Shown in pieces: positions 56,690-64,000 of a stretch of 64,000 nt of DNA. The DNA comes from Eledone cirrhosa. Lineage: Eukaryota. Within the stretch, counting starts at the first letter, position 1; each line of letters begins with the position of its first letter. The notes under the pieces were generated by a model, which was not told the DNA's origin, made no database searches, and saw only the letters and a program-made list of their open reading frames with translations. The translations under genes were made by a program, and so were the position numbers. Location of the stretch: contig OZ024743.1 in assembly GCA_964016885.1 (NCBI GenBank), positions 311,860,001-311,924,000 of the forward strand. The letters run 5' to 3'.

Positions 56690-59600
56690 GAATTTTCCTA
56701 CCGTTATGTATGGATGAGCTGAAAATAAATTGGAGCAACTCTGAATTAATAGATGAAATGAATATGAATCCGCAAGCTACCAAGCACCCATATGAAGCCC
56801 CAATCCAGAGAGAGGAAGCACACACACACCCTTGCAAAAATCGACCCTTCCCTACGAGTGTCGACAAATGCCCAAAACTCCGAGTTGGTACCATCAATGT
56901 TGGTAAGCACAATGAAAGGAAGAGCAGGAGAAATCGTAGAAATGCTAGAGCAAAAGGAAATTGATGTATGCTGTGTGCAAGAGACTAGATGGAGAGGAGA
57001 GTCTGCTAGAGTCCTTGTAGGAAAAAGTCAGTGCTACAAATTTTTCTGGGTGGGAAATGACGATGGGATGGGTGGTGTAGGTATACTACTAGCTGACAAG
57101 TGGGTAGATAAAGTAATCTCAGTGTACAGGGTAAATGCAAGAATCATTAAACTCAGACTAGTCCTGAATAAAACAATTACCACAATAATATCAGCTTACG
57201 CACCCCAATCAGGGTTGCCAGAGTCCCTAATGCACACTACTGCTCTAACAAACGACAATGGCTTCCTAATCATCGCAGGAGATTTTAACGGTCACGTAGG
57301 TAAACACTTTGACAGCTTCAATAGAGTCCATGGAGGCCATGGGGTTGGCACAAGAAATGAAGAAGGATTCAGACTTCTAGAATTCTGCGACGCCAATGAC
57401 ATGTTGATATGTAACACAAACTTCAAAAAACCCAACAACCTCCTGATCACCTATAGATCAGGGGAGCATTCTAGTCAGATAGATTTTATCCTCATCAGAG
57501 GACGTGACAGATGGATGGTCGTAAACACAAAAGCCTTCCCTAGTGAGGAATGTACCTCCCAACATAGCTTAGTTGTCAGCGACCTCACGGTCAGAACTAG
57601 ACGAACCTGGAAACAGAGGCCAACCTGGCGAAGAAAGATCTGGAAGCTGAAAGATCCCTCAGCCAGTAACAGATTTAAAGATATTTTACTCAATGCCTAC
57701 GACAGTAGAGAAGAACAGATAGAGACATTCAATGTAGAAGAGCACTGGGAGTTCCTAAAAAATAACTTACTAGAGGCGACGGATGAGGTCTGTGGCTGGA
57801 GTAAGACCACAAGCAGGAGGAGAGTGACTTGGTGGTGGAACAATAAGGTAGATGAGGCAGTTAAGGCCAAGAGACAGGCATGGAAAGAATGGAAGAACGG
57901 GGGGAGCAGGGTACATTACATAGAGACCAAGAGGGAAGCTAGGCGACAAGTATACTTAGCTAGGAGGGAAGCAGAGGATAGAAAATTCAAGCATGTTTTG
58001 CAACGAGAGGACCAGAAACAGGAGGTGTTCAAGATTGCAAGGCAGCGTGTCAGAGAGAATTGTGATGTCATTGGAGAGAAGTGTATCCGGAATGATAAAG
58101 GTGAGCTTGCCCTCACAAGTGCTGAGAAGAAAGATGCATGGAAGAGTCATTATGATAGATTACTAAATGAGGAGAATGCATGGGAAGAAGAGACCCTACC
58201 CCAAGTAGACCCTATAGAGGGGCCAGCAGGACAAGTCAGCAGCAGCATAGTAAGTAAGGCAATCAAAGATATGAAGATGGGGAAGGCAACCGGTCCATCA
58301 GGTATAGCTGCCGAGATGCTGAAGGCATCTGGGTCTGTAGGTCACACTATAACCACACGTATTGTTAACCAGGTAATACTAGAAGGTGTCATACCAAAAG
58401 ATTGGTGCAGTAGCATCATTGTCAACTGCTACAAAGGTAAAGGTGATGTACTCGATAAAGGAAACTATAGAGGTATAAAGCTGATGGACCAGGTCATGAA
58501 AGTAACAGAAAGAGTTTTAGCACAGTTGATTAGGGACCGGGTGAAACTAGATGAGATGCAATTTGGGTTTGTACCAGGAAGAGGCACCACTGATGCCCTC
58601 TTCCTTGTGAGGCAGTTACAGGAAAAGTACCTAGCTAAAAGTAAGCCACTCTACCTGGCATTCGTTGATCTCGAGAAAGCCTTTGACAGAGTTCCACGTG
58701 CTGTAATCTGGTGGGCTCTTAGAAAACTTGGAGTAGATGAATGGCTTTTGAAAGCTGTACAAGCCATGTATAGGGGAGCAGTCAGCAAAGTTAGGATTAG
58801 CAATGAGTATAGCGAGGAATTTAGCGTACAGGTTGGTGTCCACCAGGGCTCTGTTCTTAGCCCTCTCCTGTTCATCATAGTCCTGCAGGCAATAATGGAG
58901 GAGTTTAAGACTGGATGCCCATGGGAACTCCTGTATGCTGATGACCTCGCACTTATAGCTGAATCTATGGTAGAACTAGAGAAGAAATTCCAAACTTGGA
59001 AGCAGGGACTAGAAATAAAGGGTCTCAAAGTCAACATGACAAAGACTAAGGTCCTTGTAAGTAGACGAGAAAACAGAACCCAGATCCCCTCATGGAAATG
59101 GCCTTGCTCAGTATGTAGGAAAGGTGTAGGTAGGAACTCCATTCTCTGTCCCAAATGCAAACAATGGGTACACAAGAGATGTAGTGGGATCTCAGGAAGC
59201 TTAATTAAGAATGTAGGCTTCACATGCAGCAGCTGTACTGGGACAGCAAACAGCAAACAGCCACAGGAATCAAGTACCACCAATCTCTGGGAGGGCTCTG
59301 TAGAGACAGTAGACAGCTTCTGCTACCTAGGTGACCAAATTAGCAGCAGAGGTGGGTGTTCAGAAAGTACAATAACTAGGGTAAGAACGGGATGGAAGAA
59401 GTTCAGGGAACTACTGCCACTGCTAGCTGCAAAAGGCTTCTCCCTCAAAATGAAAGGCAGACTGTATGATGTGTGTATCCGAACAGCAATGTTACATGGT
59501 AGTGAGACCTGGGCACTGAAGGTGGAAGACTTACGTAGATTAGAGAGAAACGAAGCCAGCATGCTCCGATGGATGTGTAATAGTAATATACGCGACCGAC

Positions 59601-60229
59601 AAAGCATAAATGAATTGAGAGAGAGACTGAGCATAAGAGGAATCAAATGCTGTGTGCAGGAGAGGCGGTTGCGTTGGTATGGACATGTGATGCATATGAA
59701 GGATGACAGCTGCATAAAAAGGTGCAGAGCACTAGAGGTCGATGGAAACCGCGGAGTGGGGAGACCCAAGATGACCTGGGATGAGGTGATAAAAGCCGAC
59801 CTTACCCAATTACACCTCTCCAAGGCGATGACACACGACCGTGACCTCTGGCGTCACGCAGTAATACAGAGTACCCGACCTCCCATGGGTACAAGCTGAA
59901 GCATATAGACAATATGCCCCCACACCCTCCCACTGCAAGGTGGTCGTGGAGGTGCCACGGCAAAAAAGCACCCAGCCCACACTGTAAAGTAGACGTGTAG
60001 GCCCCACGAAAAAGCACCCAGCACTCACTGTAAATGAGGTTGGTGTTAGGAAGGGCATCCAGCTGTAGAAATCAAGCCAAAATCAGTTCCTGTATCAGCA
60101 AGGCATGGTCAGCCGACCAGACACTGCCCACAACAGGACAACCCGTCTAACCCATGCTAGCGTGGAAGAACGGACGTAAAACGGTGATGATGATGATGAT
60201 GGTGGTGATGATGATGATGATGATGATGA

Positions 60230-60232
<3 letters not shown>
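56690..60232 (+). mobile_element. Near-intact RTE-clade LINE, TA-flanked, (GAT)n tail
   Basis: Single EN-RT ORF plus repetitive 3' UTR shared with many local fragments. Confidence 0.96.
56792..59899 (+). CDS. RTE ORF: APE endonuclease, reverse transcriptase, PHD-like Cys cluster
   Basis: CVQETRW, SAYAPQ, AGDFNGH, QIDFIL, SQH; YRGIKL, DLEKAFD, QGSVLSP, YADD; true N-terminus (LRVGTINVG) lies in another frame at about 56880-56904. Confidence 0.9.
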   Translation: MKPQSRERKHTHTLAKIDPSLRVSTNAQNSELVPSMLVSTMKGRAGEIVEMLEQKEIDVCCVQETRWRGESARVLVGKSQCYKFFWVGNDDGMGGVGILLADKWVDKVISVYRVNARIIKLRLVLNKTITTIISAYAPQSGLPESLMHTTALTNDNGFLIIAGDFNGHVGKHFDSFNRVHGGHGVGTRNEEGFRLLEFCDANDMLICNTNFKKPNNLLITYRSGEHSSQIDFILIRGRDRWMVVNTKAFPSEECTSQHSLVVSDLTVRTRRTWKQRPTWRRKIWKLKDPSASNRFKDILLNAYDSREEQIETFNVEEHWEFLKNNLLEATDEVCGWSKTTSRRRVTWWWNNKVDEAVKAKRQAWKEWKNGGSRVHYIETKREARRQVYLARREAEDRKFKHVLQREDQKQEVFKIARQRVRENCDVIGEKCIRNDKGELALTSAEKKDAWKSHYDRLLNEENAWEEETLPQVDPIEGPAGQVSSSIVSKAIKDMKMGKATGPSGIAAEMLKASGSVGHTITTRIVNQVILEGVIPKDWCSSIIVNCYKGKGDVLDKGNYRGIKLMDQVMKVTERVLAQLIRDRVKLDEMQFGFVPGRGTTDALFLVRQLQEKYLAKSKPLYLAFVDLEKAFDRVPRAVIWWALRKLGVDEWLLKAVQAMYRGAVSKVRISNEYSEEFSVQVGVHQGSVLSPLLFIIVLQAIMEEFKTGCPWELLYADDLALIAESMVELEKKFQTWKQGLEIKGLKVNMTKTKVLVSRRENRTQIPSWKWPCSVCRKGVGRNSILCPKCKQWVHKRCSGISGSLIKNVGFTCSSCTGTANSKQPQESSTTNLWEGSVETVDSFCYLGDQISSRGGCSESTITRVRTGWKKFRELLPLLAAKGFSLKMKGRLYDVCIRTAMLHGSETWALKVEDLRRLERNEASMLRWMCNSNIRDRQSINELRERLSIRGIKCCVQERRLRWYGHVMHMKDDSCIKRCRALEVDGNRGVGRPKMTWDEVIKADLTQLHLSKAMTHDRDLWRHAVIQSTRPPMGTS

Positions 60233-60264
<32 letters not shown>

Positions 60265-61089
60265 CAGAAAAATGATTTGAAAATGCAATTTGAATCTTTA
60301 AGAAGAATTATTTACAACTAGCTGAATTACCCAGCATTGTTACTGCTATTCTTATTCAGATTAGTAAACAATAAAAATAAAGATATGGTTTTTTCTTACA
60401 ATAAATTTGAAGATATATTTTTTTCATAATTATTTCAAAATATCTATATCTTATTAAAAAAGTATCAAAATTGTAATGATAATAGAATTTAGAAATGAAA
60501 ATCTGTCAATCTTGAAGCACCTGAAACAATATTCATTGTGTAATTTGTTGTTGGTGTCGAAATGAATAAATTGTAGCTACACACTCATACACATACACTC
60601 TCATATACATATACTAAGACAGACACACAAGGATATACATTTATGCAGACACATGCATAGCTTTTCACCTGATTTTTGATCAGTTGCTACATATGTGTAG
60701 ATGCGTGTATGTATTTAATCACAAACACACTCACAGACACACACACACTCACAGGCACATACATATTTATATACAAAATGCGACAAAGTTGTGTTGTTTT
60801 CTATTCTTGTAATGCAAATGAAAATAAAAATTATCACACATACACTCACACACACATACACTCACACATACACTCACGCACACACATACACTCTCACATA
60901 CACTCACACACACATACACTCTCACATACACTCACACACACTCTCACACACACTCACAGACACATACACACTCATCTACAAAATGTGACTAGTCATCATC
61001 ATGGTGGTTTACTATAGTTCACTATAGAAATGTTATTTAGATAAAATATTATATGTTTTTAATCCAAATGGAAATAAAAATTACATGTT

Positions 61090-62795
61090 GACACTCCTGG
61101 GGTCTATTACTATTATTTAATCAGAAGTTTGATATTTCGAAATTTTCATATTTTTCAAGAAAAAGCATATGTTTTTTTTATTTATCAGTTCATATAATTA
61201 AATCAGAGTATATATTTATTTTATTACACAAGCTTATCAAAAGCAAACAAGTAAAAACAAATAACACTTATAAAGAAACTTATACACGTCAGAAATGACT
61301 GGATTTCCTGGATTTGCGGTTGTAGTCCAGGTCACATTCCCGCACTAGCCCCCAGATATAGTCCCCCATCATTTTTTTCATTGTAGTGGCCCTGTTACCT
61401 CCGCTCTATCTCTTTCACATCTTGGTGGAATCATTCGCCTTGTTCTACTGAGTAGGCACCCATATTGTCCTTGAATTTTTCCCAGTGAGCATCCAGCATA
61501 TGGAGTTTAAGCGACATCCTGTATCCCATGGCGCCAAAAGCCTTTATCAGACCCTGCACCAGTTGCTGGTAGTTTTCAGCTCTGTAGTTACCCAGGAAGC
61601 CCTTCACAACTGCCTTGAAACAGTTCCATGCTGTTCTCTCAATCCTATTGAGCTTATTGAAGAACTCGGTAGACTCAAACACCTTCTTTATCTGAGGTCC
61701 AACAAAAATTCCACCTTTGATTTTGGCCTCAGGTAACTTGGGGAAGAACTCAAGAAGGTACTTAAAAGCGGATGATTCTTGGTTGAGAGCCTTCACAAAC
61801 TGCTTCATCAACCCCAACTTAATGTGCAGTGGCAGCATGAGCACAATCCTGGGATCAACCAGTGGCTCCCACGTGATGTTCCGGGTCCCAACTACAAATT
61901 CTGTTTGCTGCTCCCAGTTTTTTCTTTTGTAGTGGTCAGAGGTGGCTCTGCTGTCCCAAAGGCAGAGGAAGCATTGGAATTTGATAAAGCCTCCTTGGAG
62001 TCCAAGCAGGAAAGCCACCATCTTGAAGTCTCCAATGATTTCCCAATTGTACTGGTTGTATTGCAGAGCTTCCAATAGGTCTTTCACATTGTAGTAATCT
62101 TCCTTCAGGCAGACTGAATGAGCTAGGGGCAGTGTCGGGAACTTGTTTCCATTGTGGAGGAGGACAGCCTTCAAACTTGTGGTGGAGCTGTCTATAAATA
62201 GCACAAATGGCACTCCAATAACGTCAAACAGTCCAGGCATGTCATGGCAGAAGCAGAGGCCATCCCTAAGAGTGTAAAAGCCTCAGAAAGGTTCGTGTTG
62301 ACTTCTCTGACTTGTCACCTGCACTTCCTCCTTGACCAAGTTCCACTGCTTCATCCTGGAGACGAATAGCTCTGCATTGGATTTAGTCAGATCCATATCC
62401 CTGACCAAGTCATTGACTTCTTTTTGGTTTGGGAAGTGAGGAACTTTTTCTGGTACCCCAGTATCAATAAATCTCTTTAATCCACTTTTTAACAATTTTA
62501 TACTTTATTGCAATTTTATCATTTTCTTTAGGTATTACTCTTTATTTTATAATTTTAATTTAATTTTAATTTAACCTGAAACATATATAAAAAAATCATT
62601 TAACATAACCAAATTAAACTTACATACAACGTAAAATCCAGCATACAAATAATTCTAGTGAATAGCTTAGAATTTTTACAAACCCAAACTTTTAACTGTT
62701 TAATAGCACTTTTTTATTTATTTGGGACCTAAGCAACACAAAAAAGTGATTACAAGCCAGTAACAGAGATTAAAAAAATGTTTTGTTACACAGTG
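61090..62795 (-). mobile_element. Chapaev3-like DNA transposon relic
   Basis: LFIDSS..SLKAVLLHNGN, GDFKM..LLGLQGG..CFLCLWDSRA, LPLHIKLGLMKQFVKAL, MSLKLHML..H, EQGE; minus-strand terminus CACTGTGTAACAAAA at 62795; family name from motif recall; left end uncertain. Confidence 0.7.
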
Positions 62796-62984
62796 TTATC
62801 AATGCTGGAGATGAGCAGATGTACAGATTTAAAGATCAAATTTTAAAAGAAAGAAGATCTATTCAGCATTTTTCAAAGAGCCAGAAGAGATAAAATATAA
62901 CAAGAAAGTATTACCATATTTTTAATGAAAGACTCTGCTTATAATACTTGTTTTGAAAATAATAATTTGGAGTGATTTAGTAAT

Positions 62985-63825
62985 ATTAGTTTCTGATTTA
63001 GGTACAAGGCCAACAATTTTGGGGAAGGTGAAAGTTGATTAAATTGACCCACAGTGTTTTACTGGTACTTTATTTTATCGACCCCCATAAGGATGAAAAG
63101 CAAAACTAAACTTGGCGAGATTAGAACTCAGAATGTAAAATCCTGTAACTCTATGCTGCAAAGCATTTTGTCCGACACTCTACCATTATTGCCAATCCAC
63201 CGCCCTATGGGATTTAGTATTATTAAAATAACTTCTTATATTAAAATATTTTCAAGCTGGTGTTTGGAACAAAACTTAGCAAAGATTCTTACATAAAATT
63301 ATCATGGAAAGGAAAATATAAACACTTTAACCCTTTTGATACCAACTTCACTTCTTAGAAAGAAAACTACCCATTTTAAGGGGTTCCTATTTAGATTAAA
63401 ATCTTCCAAAATAATTTGATACAAGAACCATATAAATAATTGTTTCTACGTTAGGCACAAGGCCAGCAATTATCCAGTGTATTACTGGTACTTTATTTTA
63501 TCGACCCCGTAAGGATGAAAGGCAAAGTTAACCTCGGCGGGAATTGAACTCAGATCGTAAAGGGACGTAACTATGCTGGAAAGCATAATGCAACCCTCTA
63601 CCGATACTGCCAATTTCTGATTTAGGCACAGGGCTAACAATTTTAAGGGTGGGGAAATCAATTAAATCAACCCCAGTGCATTACTAATACTCTATTTTAC
63701 TGACTCCATAAGGATGAAAGGCAAAGCTAACTTCAGCAGAATTTGAACTTATAATGTAAAGGGCCACAACTATATGCCACAAGACAAGTAGTCTGATGCT
63801 CTACCAATAATACTAATCCACTACC
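62985..63825 (-). mobile_element. Three Nin/Deu-like SINE copies (62985-63205, 63436-63613, 63615-63825)
   Basis: actggtactttattttatcgacccc.taaggatgaaaggcaaa.ttaacctcggc. Confidence 0.8.
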
Positions 63826-64000
63826 TTGAACCTCTTAATAATAAAATGATTCATAATTTTGATGAATCCCTCCAAATTCTTGATGAATTAACTGAAATAC
63901 AGTGTATGTTATTAGAAATATGGTAACAAATGAGTGAAAACCATCAGCTTTGTATAAGCAGAACCAAAGGCAGGTTGGTGTCAAAAGCATTTAAGAATGA

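Noticed and set aside
57475-59823. Antisense ORFs overlapping RTE copies (also 8366-9112, 38700-40826, 49355-50559)
   Set aside because: Shadow frames of the LINE ORF with no independent domain signal.
60317-61030. Possible Helitron-like element starting actagctgaattacccagc
   Set aside because: Subterminal hairpin is degraded and no opposite end or coding trace was found.

Overview
AT-rich, microsatellite-dense eukaryotic DNA, probably an octopod cephalopod (inferred from the repeat content only). One host gene is supported: a + strand tetraspanin with five phase-0 GT-AG coding exons (32256-56341); its last exon(s) were not found in the window. The rest is mostly mobile DNA: RTE-clade LINEs (one nearly intact, 1035-aa ORF), Penelope-like elements (PLEs), tandem R4/Dong-like elements, a CRE-like relic, a Tc1/mariner, a Chapaev3-like relic, Helitron-like elements and tRNA-derived SINEs. 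The most striking unannotated signal lies in the (TA)n tracts between about 1.3 and 27.6 kb. These hold at least six unrelated families of short inserts, each with a type I hammerhead ribozyme fold, and five are non-coding here. Several inserts are fold-back palindromes (arms about 15-796 bp) whose short arm stops at an internal TA-rich microhomology. Two families are 420-nt and 700-nt units with terminal redundancy, as expected for copies of circular or tandem RNA (retrozyme-like). All RNA folds were paired by eye and need computational and biochemical confirmation.
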